IMG/VR virus record: IMGVR_UViG_3300039159_000385
Span: 1 to 57,239 of that record
Source: a virus
Lineage: Duplodnaviria; Caudoviricetes
DNA length: 57,239 nt
Reading direction: 5' to 3' (one strand)
How positions within the stretch are numbered: the first letter of the stretch is position 1; each line of letters starts with the position of its first letter. Below, one piece after another: positions 17,292 to 26,836 of the stretch. Under the pieces are notes generated by a model, which saw only the letters and a list, made by a program, of their open reading frames with translations, ran no database searches and was not told the origin of the DNA. A program made the translations under genes and the position numbers.

Positions 17292-17774
17292 CTACAACGG
17301 ACACGAACGGGCGCGCCAGATCGCGGCGCATTGCCTTACATACTCCCGCACCACGAGCGGCGACGTACCGAGCGGCAACAGGTCGGCCGAGAGCGGATCT
17401 ATCTGCGGCACCGCCGGCAGGGTCGCGTCGCTCACCACCGGCATCGAGTGCCCCGGACGAAGGCGCGTCACCATCGCGCCCACCATGACGCGCTCCCACG
17501 CGGGGCCGGACACAATGCCGTCCGTCACCGGCTCCCCTTCCAGCAAATCGCGCAGCAGGAACGCCGCCAGGAACAGCCGCTCCGTCGTCGAAAGCGGCTC
17601 CAACGACCGCGCGCCGGGCGCGGCCGGGCGGCGCGCGCACTTGCTGCACGTTTCCGGGTACGGTTTCTGTGGCAGCAGCCACCCGCACGCCGGACAGGTG
17701 CGCGATTGCGCGCCGATCCGGGGCGGGCGGGGGGCCACGCTCCCCGTGTCGTCGGTGTCAGAAGGGAAGCCCAT
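17292..17774 (-). CDS. Hypothetical Zn-finger protein
   Basis: CPACG...CSKC. Start uncertain. Confidence 0.5.
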   Translation of the reverse strand: MGFPSDTDDTGSVAPRPPRIGAQSRTCPACGWLLPQKPYPETCSKCARRPAAPGARSLEPLSTTERLFLAAFLLRDLLEGEPVTDGIVSGPAWERVMVGAMVTRLRPGHSMPVVSDATLPAVPQIDPLSADLLPLGTSPLVVREYVRQCAAIWRARSCPL

Positions 17775-18828
17775 CTTCTCCGTCGGCGAGAATGTCGGCC
17801 GTGCTTCGGCCCGCATGGGGCGCCCCAACCGGCACCGGGGCGCCCCGTTCCGGCACCGGGGCGCCCCGTTCCGGCCACGGCTTCGCGGGCGGCGTATTGT
17901 CGTACTTCCGGTACTCGGGCGACCGGCCCGACGGCTTCTCGAACGACCGCACTTCACCGGCCAGGGCATATTCGCGCGGCGTGCGGGCTTCCACCCCATC
18001 CGGCGCGCTGATGTGGCTCCCGGACGGCAGCACGAGACGACTCGACGCGCGGCGCACCCGCACGCCCCCCTCGGCCGGCGGCGTGGCGCCCGGATCCTCC
18101 ACCGGCTCCGATCGCATCGCGGCGTCCGCGTCGGCCATCGTCAGCAGCTCGCCCGGCCGTTCGTCGTATCGGTTCGCCAGGTAGAGGCCGAGCGTTTGCG
18201 GTAAATACTTTTGCAGCGCGCGCACCGGCGTCTTGCGCGCCCACCAGGGCCGCATGGGGCCGGCCGCCCACTTTTTGCTATGCTCCCGCCGAATCGCTTC
18301 GAGCTGCGCGGCCGACATCACTTCGCTGATAACCGAGCCGCCCCGCATCACGGCCACCGCATAGCTGCCGACGATCGCCGCTGTTTGATCGCGCCAGCCG
18401 ACGCGATGCACGATCTTGGGCTCCGTGCCCGCCCACACCTCGAAGTGCTCGCCGTCGCGGATCACGTTCGCGAACACGCTCTGCACCTGACCCGTGGCGA
18501 TCGCCAGCTCGACGTAGCCCCGGTAATGCACGATCATCGTGCAGGTTTTCTTCGCGGCGTCGCGCTCCTTGAAGGGCACGAGGAACACCGTGCGGCCGAG
18601 CGTCAGCCCGGTCTGCGCGGCTTGCACCAGCGCCGTGAGGATCGACGTACTCGAACACTCGTAAATGTCCGAGTTATTCATAGCCGTCACGAGCGCGCCC
18701 CACATCAGTTGCTCGTACGTCACTTCGTGCGGTAGAAACGGCTCGACCGTCTCGCGCATCTTTTCCAGGCGCGTGCGCAGTCCTTTCTGCGCAACACTCT
18801 CCTGCTCGGCTGTGAGTTGCTGTGCCAT
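17758..18828 (-). CDS. recT: RecT/Red-beta family single-strand annealing protein
   Basis: SILTALVQAAQTGL, FLVPFK, HYRGYVELA..TG, ARKTPVRALQKYLP. Confidence 0.9.
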   Translation of the reverse strand: MAQQLTAEQESVAQKGLRTRLEKMRETVEPFLPHEVTYEQLMWGALVTAMNNSDIYECSSTSILTALVQAAQTGLTLGRTVFLVPFKERDAAKKTCTMIVHYRGYVELAIATGQVQSVFANVIRDGEHFEVWAGTEPKIVHRVGWRDQTAAIVGSYAVAVMRGGSVISEVMSAAQLEAIRREHSKKWAAGPMRPWWARKTPVRALQKYLPQTLGLYLANRYDERPGELLTMADADAAMRSEPVEDPGATPPAEGGVRVRRASSRLVLPSGSHISAPDGVEARTPREYALAGEVRSFEKPSGRSPEYRKYDNTPPAKPWPERGAPVPERGAPVPVGAPHAGRSTADILADGEDGLPF

Positions 18829-18943
18829 TACTCCCCCCGTCACGCGCCCGGCTCTTGTTGCCCCCTAGCGGCGCCGAACGCCCCGCGCTAGGTTCTTCGG
18901 TGTGCCCGATGGCAAACGCCGTCGTCTCACACCCCCCGCCCCA

Positions 18944-19369
18944 TCAGATGCCGCCGCGTCTGGTGGGGCTTGGTGTTTGTGCCCTCGACGCGGCGACCTG
19001 CGCGGCCGGTCGTACCACGGAACGCCACACCGGCCGACGCGCCGGATGTTCGAGCTTCCAGACCTCCCACAACGCGCGCGCCTCGATCACCTCGCCACGC
19101 CGCCCCGCGTGCCACGCCACGCGAACCGGCGTCGGTACCTTGGGACCGTCGGGCCACGCCTCGCCAATCGCCGCCCCAGCCGCCCCGGCCGCCCAGGCCA
19201 TCACAAGCGGCTGCGGTCGGTGCCCGCTCAGAATCCGCGACGCATGTTGTACCGAGTAGCCCGTCGCCGCCGCCACCCGCTCGACCGCGCCCCGGCCCAT
19301 CGCAATCCGCCAGGCGATTGACCGCAGCAGCGCGGCGGGTAAGTTTGTAGGGTCGATATTGATATTCAT
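18944..19369 (-). CDS. Cro-like HTH regulator
   Basis: VERVAAATGYSVQHASRILSG, divergent from the XRE repressor. Confidence 0.7.
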   Translation of the reverse strand: MNINIDPTNLPAALLRSIAWRIAMGRGAVERVAAATGYSVQHASRILSGHRPQPLVMAWAAGAAGAAIGEAWPDGPKVPTPVRVAWHAGRRGEVIEARALWEVWKLEHPARRPVWRSVVRPAAQVAASRAQTPSPTRRGGI

Positions 19370-19375
19370 GGTGGT

Positions 19376-19404
19376 AGTATGCAGTCACGCATAGTATTAC
19401 GCAA
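19376..19404 (-). promoter_or_regulatory. Sigma70-type promoter for a leaderless cro-like mRNA
   Basis: TTGCGT-17nt-CATACT, 6 nt before the ATG. Confidence 0.7.
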
Positions 19405-19418
19405 GGGGGAAGTGAGAC

Positions 19419-19943
19419 ATGCACACGACAACACGGGGGGATATGCGTTCACGGCTGTCGTCCTTCGCGGCGCGACTGCGCTCGGCGAGGCTCGCGCTCG
19501 GCGCCCGGCGCGGCGCGGCGGTCAGTCAAACGGAGTTCTCGGCGCTCGCGCAGCCGTACCTCGGTGCGACGCTCCATCAGCACCGGCTCTCGCGCTTGGA
19601 ATCCGGCAACGCGCTGCCGAGCATTGACGAGGCGTTGGCGCTGGCCGTGGCGGCCGAAGTGTCGGTGAGCTGGCTCGCCTACGGGCTTGATGTGCAGCTC
19701 CACATCGGGGACGACGGGCGCGTGGAGCCCGATGTGGCGGCGCTCCAGGTGGCCGAGGCCGAAGCGTTTATGACGCGGCCCGACGGGCGCCCGAGCCCGA
19801 CGCGCCCACGCGAGCGGCACCCACCGCCGGTCGCATTACCAAGGCCGGGCGCGCCGTTACCCCCGGTTACAGCCCCGCTCGCACGCGTTGCAGCACGCGA
19901 CGAGCCGCCTCCAAGCGGAGCCGTTCACCGGCGAGCGCCGTAA
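19419..19943 (+). CDS. XRE-family (CI-like) repressor, the only convincing plus-strand gene
   Basis: FAARLRSAR...VSQTEFS....LSRLESGNALPSIDEALALA....VSVSWLAYG. Confidence 0.85.
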   Translation: MHTTTRGDMRSRLSSFAARLRSARLALGARRGAAVSQTEFSALAQPYLGATLHQHRLSRLESGNALPSIDEALALAVAAEVSVSWLAYGLDVQLHIGDDGRVEPDVAALQVAEAEAFMTRPDGRPSPTRPRERHPPPVALPRPGAPLPPVTAPLARVAARDEPPPSGAVHRRAP

Positions 19944-20215
19944 GCGGTTCGTCGCGGAGCGGGAACGTCCCGATCAGTTGGTCGTGCAGGTAGCACCGCG
20001 CCGATCGGGTGACGGGGGGGGCATCCGAGAGGGACGCGCAGGACGCGGATCGAGCGAGCGACATGGAGGGGCGTGGTGGGACGGTGGGCGGGCCGTGACG
20101 GGGCACCAGGTTGTGCCGCAGGTTATGCTGCCAGTTTAGCAACCTCTACCCCTTAAGAGCAATAGCGAGCGCGAGCGCACCTTGTGAATAAATCTCGAAT
20201 AAAATCGCGCCTGTT

Positions 20216-20629
20216 TTACCACACCGCCAGCATTGCCTGCGCGTCCGGGATCACCAGCAGCGGCCAGGCAATCGACCAGCTCGGGCCGTCCGCGCGCGCC
20301 CACAACGTGGCCGGGCCACTGACCGTCATCGGCCGCAGCGCATCGAGCACCGCGCGGGCCGGCATCTCGCGCGAGTAAAGCGCCGTCAGCACTTCGGTCG
20401 CCCGGCCATACAGCGCGCGATGGACCGGCGCTTGGGCCTCCGGCGTCGCATAGATGCCCATTTCCACCGGCATCCGGGCCAGCAGTGCCCCATTGCGGGC
20501 CAACGTCCCCATGACCAAGCAGTAGCCGCCCGTGTTGCCCTGCGCCTTTTCGCGCACGGCCGCCAGCGCGAGCGCGATCGGCGCCCGGCCGCGCTCGATG
20601 TGGAGCGGGATCCGGATGAAATCACGCAT
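20216..20629 (-). CDS. Hypothetical protein
   Basis: Last ORF of the late operon, 137 aa. Confidence 0.55.
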   Translation of the reverse strand: MRDFIRIPLHIERGRAPIALALAAVREKAQGNTGGYCLVMGTLARNGALLARMPVEMGIYATPEAQAPVHRALYGRATEVLTALYSREMPARAVLDALRPMTVSGPATLWARADGPSWSIAWPLLVIPDAQAMLAVW

Positions 20630-20987
20630 CGCCCGGCCCTTCGAGCGGCAAATCTTCCAGGATGTTGACCTCGGCCCAGCGGCGCAGGTTTTGCGCCTCG
20701 CGCACCATCAGGTAAATCGGCGTCCCGACATACGCCCCGGCGTGCGTCGTGATGTGGTGCCCTTCCAGGGTGAACTTGTACGCGACGACGCCCACGCGCT
20801 CCGGGCTCGTGGCGCTCGCCGGGATCGTGTACGTGCCGTACACCGGCACCACCGTGAGATTGGCATGGATCGCGGTCGCGACTTGTGTATTGGCGACCGA
20901 GAGAAACACCGAAAGCGTGAGCAGATCGGCCAGGTTCTCCAGGTACCCGTCGTAATCGTTATCCTTCGCGAGGTTGATCGTGAGCAT
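20622..20987 (-). CDS. Hypothetical, probably virion-associated protein
   Basis: ORF from MLTINLAKDND after a GGCGA/AGG RBS. Confidence 0.6.
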   Translation of the reverse strand: MLTINLAKDNDYDGYLENLADLLTLSVFLSVANTQVATAIHANLTVVPVYGTYTIPASATSPERVGVVAYKFTLEGHHITTHAGAYVGTPIYLMVREAQNLRRWAEVNILEDLPLEGPGDA

Positions 20988-21024
20988 GTGCGGATCGCCT
21001 GAGTGAGAGAAGAAAGGGACGCCG

Positions 21025-22281
21025 CTACTGCGGCATTGTGAACGTGGGCGGCCTCGGCACATGCCGCATCGTGAGCGTTGCCCGCTGCACCGACTGCACC
21101 GCGAGCGTCGGCGCCGTCTGATGGCCGGCCGTGAGCGCCGCCCGCTGCACCGACTGCACCGCGAGCGTCGGCGCCGTCTGATGGCCGGCCGTGAGCGCCG
21201 GGCTGGTCGGTTGCGCACGCAACAGCGGACGCAGCCAACCAGCACGCCCGATCGGCGCATCGGTGAGCGTGCCGGACGCTGACAGCGACAGCGCCGACGC
21301 CGCCGCGAGGGCCGCCGACGAGCCGCGCAGGAGCGCGGACGCGGTGACCGAGAGCGCAGCCACACCGGCCAGGGCCGCCGAAACGCCACTAAGGAGACCG
21401 ACACTGGTCAGGCTGAGCGTCGCCGCGCCGGCCAACGGCTTGAGTACCGTCAGCGCGCCGGCCGTTGTCACGCTGAGCGTCGCCGCACCGACGAGCGCGG
21501 CCGCCGCACCCGTCAGGGTGCCCGTGCCCGTCACGGCTAGGGTGGCGCCGCCCGACAGCGCCGCCGACGCACCGCGTAGGGTGCTGGTCGTCGTCACCGT
21601 AAGCGTCGCCGCGCCCGCCAACGGCTTCGCGACCGTCAGCGCACCGGCCGTTGTCACGCTGAGCGTCGCCGAGGCCGACAACCCGGCCGTCGCACCGGTC
21701 AGCGTCGCCGCTGTTGTCAGCGCGAGCGTCGCGACACCCGACAGGGCGGCCGTCGATCCGCGCAGGGTGCTGGTGGTGGTGACGGCCAACGGCGCCGCAC
21801 CGGCGAGTACGGCCGACACCCCGCGCAAGACCGCCGTCGTCGTCAGTTCGAGCGTCGCGGCCCCGGCCAGTGCGGGCGTTGACGAGCGGAGCACGCCGTC
21901 CGCCGTCACGCTCAGTGTCGCCGCGCCTGCCAGCGCCGCGCCGGGGACGATCAGCGACTCCTCGACTTCCATCGCGAGGTAATCGACCTCGATGCGGTTG
22001 GCGTCACCCCGCTTCGTCAGCGTGACGGTCAGCGCCGCTTCGTCAACAATCGCGCCGTACTCACCTGCCGTGAGCACAAACGAGTAATCGTCCCACGTTG
22101 TCGTCAGTGGCAGCGTGCGCGTTGCAATGACGGTTGCGCCTTCGCGCAGTTCGACCACGAGCTGCGCGTCGCCGAACGTGCCGCTTGACAGCGGCGCACT
22201 CGCGAGTGTTCCGTGCCATCCCCACTCAGTCGGGCGATGGCGAAGCGGGACGAACTCCGCGATAAACCCGAGCAACGACAC
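21025..22281 (-). CDS. Repeat-rich putative tail fibre/spike protein
   Basis: About 11 repeats of LAGAATL(S/A)VT(T/A).(G/S).L and a 60-bp tandem duplication at ~21070-21200. Confidence 0.65.
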   Translation of the reverse strand: MSLLGFIAEFVPLRHRPTEWGWHGTLASAPLSSGTFGDAQLVVELREGATVIATRTLPLTTTWDDYSFVLTAGEYGAIVDEAALTVTLTKRGDANRIEVDYLAMEVEESLIVPGAALAGAATLSVTADGVLRSSTPALAGAATLELTTTAVLRGVSAVLAGAAPLAVTTTSTLRGSTAALSGVATLALTTAATLTGATAGLSASATLSVTTAGALTVAKPLAGAATLTVTTTSTLRGASAALSGGATLAVTGTGTLTGAAAALVGAATLSVTTAGALTVLKPLAGAATLSLTSVGLLSGVSAALAGVAALSVTASALLRGSSAALAAASALSLSASGTLTDAPIGRAGWLRPLLRAQPTSPALTAGHQTAPTLAVQSVQRAALTAGHQTAPTLAVQSVQRATLTMRHVPRPPTFTMPQ

Positions 22282-22286
22282 GGTGC

Positions 22287-23114
22287 TTACGGCGGGCTAG
22301 AGATCAGTTGCGCGCCGCCCGTGAGTGTGCCGGTGCTTGTGGTTGAGGGAATCGTGACCCACCACAGACACGCCTCGGCGTGGATGCGCGGGAGGCCGAG
22401 CATCGCCCAATCCACCGTCTCGCCGCTATTCGCGAGCCCGAGCGCGACCGCCGCAAGACGACGACCCGCCGTCACCCCGAAGTTGCCCGCCGTGCCCGTC
22501 GAAACGCTGAGCGTCACCGTGTCCACCGATTTGATCCAACGACCCGCCACCGCTGACAGGATCGGGAGGATGCGAGACGCGCGCGTGGTGGCCGGTACTG
22601 CAACCACGATATTGCCCGTGGAGTTGTCGTCGTACGTGACGGCGCAGGTCGCGTTGGCGGCAGTCGCGCCCGTGTCCGTGTACCACTCCAAAAACCACAT
22701 GACGCTCGAAAAATCGGCATCGCCTTTGCGGGCGGCGAAGTTGTTCGCGGTTGAGTCGGCCGTCACGCCTGCGGTCTGCCCGGTCGTGACGTTGCCCACC
22801 AGACCGCCGCGATGACTGAGCCGATCAAAGAGCTGTACGTCTGTGCCGCTGTTCGATGACACGAGAAACGCGCGCACCACGTGCATTTCCTGCGTCGCGC
22901 CCACTTCATCGTATCGCGAGGAGCCGGTCAATCCATTGGCGCACACCGCCACCGTCGTCGGGATCGCGGCCTGTGCCGGTTGTCCAATGGAGCGCCACAT
23001 TGAGTGCAGTTGCCCCGCCACGGAGTTCCCCAAGCTGCTCTTGCTCACCTGCAACAACTGCGACCGCTGCGTCATGCCTGCGACGATGTCGTTGACGCTC
23101 AAAATACTGGGCAT
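22287..23114 (-). CDS. Putative virion (fibre-associated) protein
   Basis: 275 aa, Thr/Gly/Ser-rich beta-type composition, in the late operon. Confidence 0.65.
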   Translation of the reverse strand: MPSILSVNDIVAGMTQRSQLLQVSKSSLGNSVAGQLHSMWRSIGQPAQAAIPTTVAVCANGLTGSSRYDEVGATQEMHVVRAFLVSSNSGTDVQLFDRLSHRGGLVGNVTTGQTAGVTADSTANNFAARKGDADFSSVMWFLEWYTDTGATAANATCAVTYDDNSTGNIVVAVPATTRASRILPILSAVAGRWIKSVDTVTLSVSTGTAGNFGVTAGRRLAAVALGLANSGETVDWAMLGLPRIHAEACLWWVTIPSTTSTGTLTGGAQLISSPP

Positions 23115-23117
23115 TGG

Positions 23118-23387
23118 TTACACCACGCGCCGAGCGCGAATGTGGAGAGTGGCGGCAGCGACCGTGCCGAATAACGCGGGCGGATTGAGCGACACTTCGC
23201 ACACCGCACCATCGAGTAGCGCAAACGCGAGGGCGCTATCGGCGGCGTTGAGTGACTCGTGAATCGTCGCCGCGTTCGACGCGGTCCACGAGCCAGCGGA
23301 CACCGTGCTGTCGGGCACCCACCACGGGGCACCTGCGGGCCAAATCGCCTCCGCTTGCGCGATAAGCGCCGGGACGCCTTGCGCCAT
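23118..23387 (-). CDS. Hypothetical protein
   Basis: 89 aa, TGATG-coupled. Confidence 0.55.
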   Translation of the reverse strand: MAQGVPALIAQAEAIWPAGAPWWVPDSTVSAGSWTASNAATIHESLNAADSALAFALLDGAVCEVSLNPPALFGTVAAATLHIRARRVV

Positions 23388-23734
23388 CAGCCGTCAATCC
23401 GTTCAATCGCCCACGGAATCGCGCGCCCCGTGCCGCCTTCCTGCCGGATGCCGACGCGGATCTCAACGCCCACCGCCGCGCCGAAGAACGGCGTCTCGAC
23501 GACCCCGCTGCTCGCGTGCGCGGCCATGCCGATGCGAAACAACTCGCGGCGCGTGTCGGTGCTGCGCGTCTCACGTTCCACGTAAGCGTACAGTGTTTCG
23601 CCGTTCGCGAGTGCGGCGGCGTCCACCACAAGCGCGTAGGTCGCGCCCCCCGTGGGGGCGTCCCATGTTTGCAGCGCGTGATCCGTGGCAAGTGTGCAGG
23701 TTTGCGATCCTGAATAGACGACGGTGCGTGCCAT
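23387..23734 (-). CDS. Putative virion protein
   Basis: 115-aa beta-rich ORF. Confidence 0.6.
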   Translation of the reverse strand: MARTVVYSGSQTCTLATDHALQTWDAPTGGATYALVVDAAALANGETLYAYVERETRSTDTRRELFRIGMAAHASSGVVETPFFGAAVGVEIRVGIRQEGGTGRAIPWAIERIDG

Positions 23735-23735
23735 A

Positions 23736-24569
23736 TTACGCGTACCCGATGAGTGTGGCGTACATTTGATTTGGTGAGTTCCCGCCGTTCAATCCAGCGC
23801 ACAGCCGTGTGCCGCGCGGGACGAACAGCGGCATGTACGACAACCACTGGTCCGCTGGGGTAGGGACGGTGGCCCCGAACTGTGCATTGATAGCCTGTCG
23901 GCTGATGCAGCGAAACTCGGAGCCCGCCGGGCCGGTCCAAAACGTGAGCTGCGAACCGAACACGAGCGATCCCCCAACGGCGGGATCGCCCGCCACGAGT
24001 GCCTGCACCGCGAGATAATCACGCGCAGTCGATGCGATCAGCTCGTGTCGCGACGGATCACTCGCGTAGGTCTGTGTGACCAATGTCGGGTAGCGGTGCG
24101 TGGCCGTGTTGTAGCCAATCACGGTGGCGGTTTTGTATCCGACCGGTGTGTGCGACCCTTCGGGATGGAGGTGCATCCAAAAGTTGAGCGCCTGACCTGC
24201 TCCCGCAGTCACGAGGTTGCGGACACGTACACTGATGCGCGTATTCGCGGGGAGATGGAGCGGGAAAAACCCCTGTTGCGTGTCGCACCGGTACCGCGCA
24301 CAGCACAGATGAAACGGTCCGAGCACCACGACCTCCGATCCTGCGGCCCCGACGGCAATCTCAAGAGCGAAAATGTTCGAGATGTCAGCAGTCGTCGAGA
24401 GCGTAAAGCCTCGCGCAGCGTACGGCACGCCCGCTGTAAACTCTGTCCACGCGCTGACATCGTTGACCGTGGACGGGACAGTCAGGAAGACTCGGTTTTC
24501 GTCTCTCAGGTCGAGGTCAGCGGGCTCTCGCGGTCCGAGCCGGTGCGTCTGCACGGGTGCGAAACTCAC
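23736..24569 (-). CDS. Putative receptor-binding/virion protein with two internal repeats
   Basis: Twice-repeated pattern GAAGSE/GPAGSE ... PL.(L/V)P..TR. Lower GC than neighbours. Confidence 0.65.
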   Translation of the reverse strand: MSFAPVQTHRLGPREPADLDLRDENRVFLTVPSTVNDVSAWTEFTAGVPYAARGFTLSTTADISNIFALEIAVGAAGSEVVVLGPFHLCCARYRCDTQQGFFPLHLPANTRISVRVRNLVTAGAGQALNFWMHLHPEGSHTPVGYKTATVIGYNTATHRYPTLVTQTYASDPSRHELIASTARDYLAVQALVAGDPAVGGSLVFGSQLTFWTGPAGSEFRCISRQAINAQFGATVPTPADQWLSYMPLFVPRGTRLCAGLNGGNSPNQMYATLIGYA

Positions 24570-25012
24570 GGCGCACCGCCGACGATTGGCGCAAGCACCG
24601 CCGTCACCCATGCCGCGCGATGGCGCGCGGCGAGCACGCCAGCCGACAGCAGCGCATCGGCCCACGCGTTGACCGCAGACACGACCGCCGCTGACGACAC
24701 GTCGGCATCAGCGGTGCGCGTCAGCAGTGCCGACGGGATGCGGAGCGCGGGCGTTGTTTCCTTCGCCACTTCAATCGCAACCTGTTCGGCGTGCGTCAAG
24801 CGCGCGATGAACTCCTCGGCGCTCAACACCGTGCGCTGCGACGGGCCACGAAGCACGAGCGTCCTTGTCACGGCGTCCCACTCGTAGGTGCCCAACAGGG
24901 AGTACTCGACATCGAGCGTGTACAGCGTGAGTCCATCCGGCACACTTCCCGGCACTTGCGAGCCGATCGAGCGCGCGGCGCCGATCGCGGTGTCGTAGAC
25001 GACGACAATCAT
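24566..25012 (-). CDS. Tail fibre assembly chaperone-like protein, paralog of 29711..30187
   Basis: Y.WD, F.AR.T.AE.VA.E.A.E and L..GVLAAR motifs shared with the paralog. Confidence 0.6.
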   Translation of the reverse strand: MIVVVYDTAIGAARSIGSQVPGSVPDGLTLYTLDVEYSLLGTYEWDAVTRTLVLRGPSQRTVLSAEEFIARLTHAEQVAIEVAKETTPALRIPSALLTRTADADVSSAAVVSAVNAWADALLSAGVLAARHRAAWVTAVLAPIVGGAP

Positions 25013-25608
25013 AGGGGTGCTCTCGCCAGAGGATTGATACGCGGATCGCGCAGCATACGCGCCCGTAGTGCCGTGCGCCCGTTTGACGCGATCATGCGGA
25101 GGTGATCGGTGCGAATCTCCGGTGTCCCCAATCGTGCGCCAATCTCGCTGTACGGCACGCCCTGCACATGATGCAGCCACAGCACGCGGCGCTGTCGTTT
25201 GTTGATGCGCCCCAAGTGATGACGCAACGCCGCGAGTTCGTCGGCGCGCTCCATCTCGCGCAGCGGTTCCGGCATGGGGGCGTCGCGAAACACATCGCCC
25301 CACGACACGCGGCTCTGCTGCTGATCGGGGCGCTCGTGATTCAATACGCTGCACGGTCTCCGGATCCCCTCGTGCAGCTTATTCGACGCGACGCGGTACA
25401 GCCATGCGCTGAGGGAATCGACGCACGGATTCGTCTCGATGGCGCGCAGCACGGCGTGCGCCACCGCGTCATTGCACACATCAAGTGAGACCGCCCGACG
25501 TGTGCGGAACCGCGCGTGCAGCGTCGCCGCCATCTCGCGCAGCAGGGCGTCCGTCACGCCAAACACGGGCGACGGCATCTCATGCGCGAGCGGCGGCGTG
25601 GTCATCAC
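25009..25608 (-). CDS. ECF-type sigma-70 family RNA polymerase sigma factor
   Basis: Region 2 (DAVAHAVLRA...SLSAWLYRVASNKLHEGIRR) and region 4 (LGRINKRQRRVLWLHHVQGVPYSEIGARLG). Confidence 0.85.
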   Translation of the reverse strand: MMTTPPLAHEMPSPVFGVTDALLREMAATLHARFRTRRAVSLDVCNDAVAHAVLRAIETNPCVDSLSAWLYRVASNKLHEGIRRPCSVLNHERPDQQQSRVSWGDVFRDAPMPEPLREMERADELAALRHHLGRINKRQRRVLWLHHVQGVPYSEIGARLGTPEIRTDHLRMIASNGRTALRARMLRDPRINPLARAPL

Positions 25609-26516
25609 GCGCCCTTGTCGGCAGGCTTCGCCGGAACCGCGCGCACGGTTTCACTACGGAACGTGATCGAGTCGGCGAAGAATCGCACGGGCGGTTTCGT
25701 GGCATAGGCAACCGACACACTCGCGCCGCACCGATCTTTGTAGCGTCCGAGTTGCGCCGTTGTCGGGTATCCATTGAGTGGCACCACCACGAGCGGTGTC
25801 GAGTCTGATGTCAGAAACACGACACCGCACGTGACGGTCGCGTACCCGAGGGTCAGCGAGTCCGCGCCGGCGGCCTTCGCGAGTGGCAGACTGTCCACCC
25901 ACAGATCGCCGAGGCTGTCGCTTGCCACGGCGTACTGGTACACGCCGAACATCACGCGCAATCCGGCGTGCAGCGAGTCGAGCAGCGGCGGCGTCACGGG
26001 CGGGATGTTAAGCGAGTCCCACCGAATCGAATCGACAGCGGGCGGTGGTGCGTCTGGGGATTCAATGGTGCGACACGCGGAGCGCGCTTCTGAGGCGAGC
26101 CCGCGACGGACGGCGACCACATAAATACAAATCGTGCGCGGCATCCCGATTTCCGGGAGCGCCACGCGCACACTATCACGCGGCACGAGCACGGTGACAT
26201 CGCGCAGCACCGCCGATGCCGGTGTGTTGTCGCGCGACTCGGGCGTGCGCGTGCCGTTCGTGGCGATCGCCCATGTGACGCGGTACGCGTCCGCGCAGCC
26301 GAGCGCATTGCACGCCGGTTTCCACGACACGGGCACTACGAGCGAATCGGCGACGGCGTACGAGCGGCCCCACGCAAGAGTGTCGGCGGCGTCGGCGGTG
26401 CGGCAGCCGGTGAGCGCAAACAGCGCGACGGCCCAGAACGCCACGAGGAATGAGATGATTCCAACCGACGACCAGTTGAGGCGGCGGCGAAAGTCCGGCG
26501 GCGTGATCGGCGTCAT
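25605..26516 (-). CDS. Predicted lipoprotein/membrane-anchored protein with an FN3-like domain
   Basis: Hydrophobic N-terminus ending in the lipobox LTGC. VSWKP..YRVTW..IYVVAV.R.G.AS pattern. Confidence 0.65.
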   Translation of the reverse strand: MTPITPPDFRRRLNWSSVGIISFLVAFWAVALFALTGCRTADAADTLAWGRSYAVADSLVVPVSWKPACNALGCADAYRVTWAIATNGTRTPESRDNTPASAVLRDVTVLVPRDSVRVALPEIGMPRTICIYVVAVRRGLASEARSACRTIESPDAPPPAVDSIRWDSLNIPPVTPPLLDSLHAGLRVMFGVYQYAVASDSLGDLWVDSLPLAKAAGADSLTLGYATVTCGVVFLTSDSTPLVVVPLNGYPTTAQLGRYKDRCGASVSVAYATKPPVRFFADSITFRSETVRAVPAKPADKGA

Positions 26517-26830
26517 GGCGCAACCTCTGACAACAGGGTGGACAGGATTTCAGCGAGGAACACGAACTCCAAATCGGCGTCGGTCGAGGCGTCCCCGGCG
26601 GCCGCCACGGTCGCGTTGAGCCCGAGCCGCCACTGCACGCGCGTGGCTTCGCCGTAGGCGGCATCCTTGTTGCCGAGGATCGCGAGCGCCCACACGCGGC
26701 GCGCCGCGTAGTTGGGCGTGTCCGTCGCCTCGTTGCTGATGTTGTACGCGGTGTCCTGCATGATCTGCGCGAGGCGCGTGCGCAAGTTTTCACTGTTGCG
26801 CATCGCCCACTTTTCGAGGAGGGTCGCCAT
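26513..26830 (-). CDS. Hypothetical virion-associated protein
   Basis: 105-aa ORF in the operon. Confidence 0.65.
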   Translation of the reverse strand: MATLLEKWAMRNSENLRTRLAQIMQDTAYNISNEATDTPNYAARRVWALAILGNKDAAYGEATRVQWRLGLNATVAAAGDASTDADLEFVFLAEILSTLLSEVAP

Positions 26831-26836
26831 GATCGG

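Noticed and set aside
20100-20215. dif-like XerCD integration site
   Set aside because: TTATG is present but the XerD arm (TTATGTTAAAT) and 28-bp dyad are not matched.
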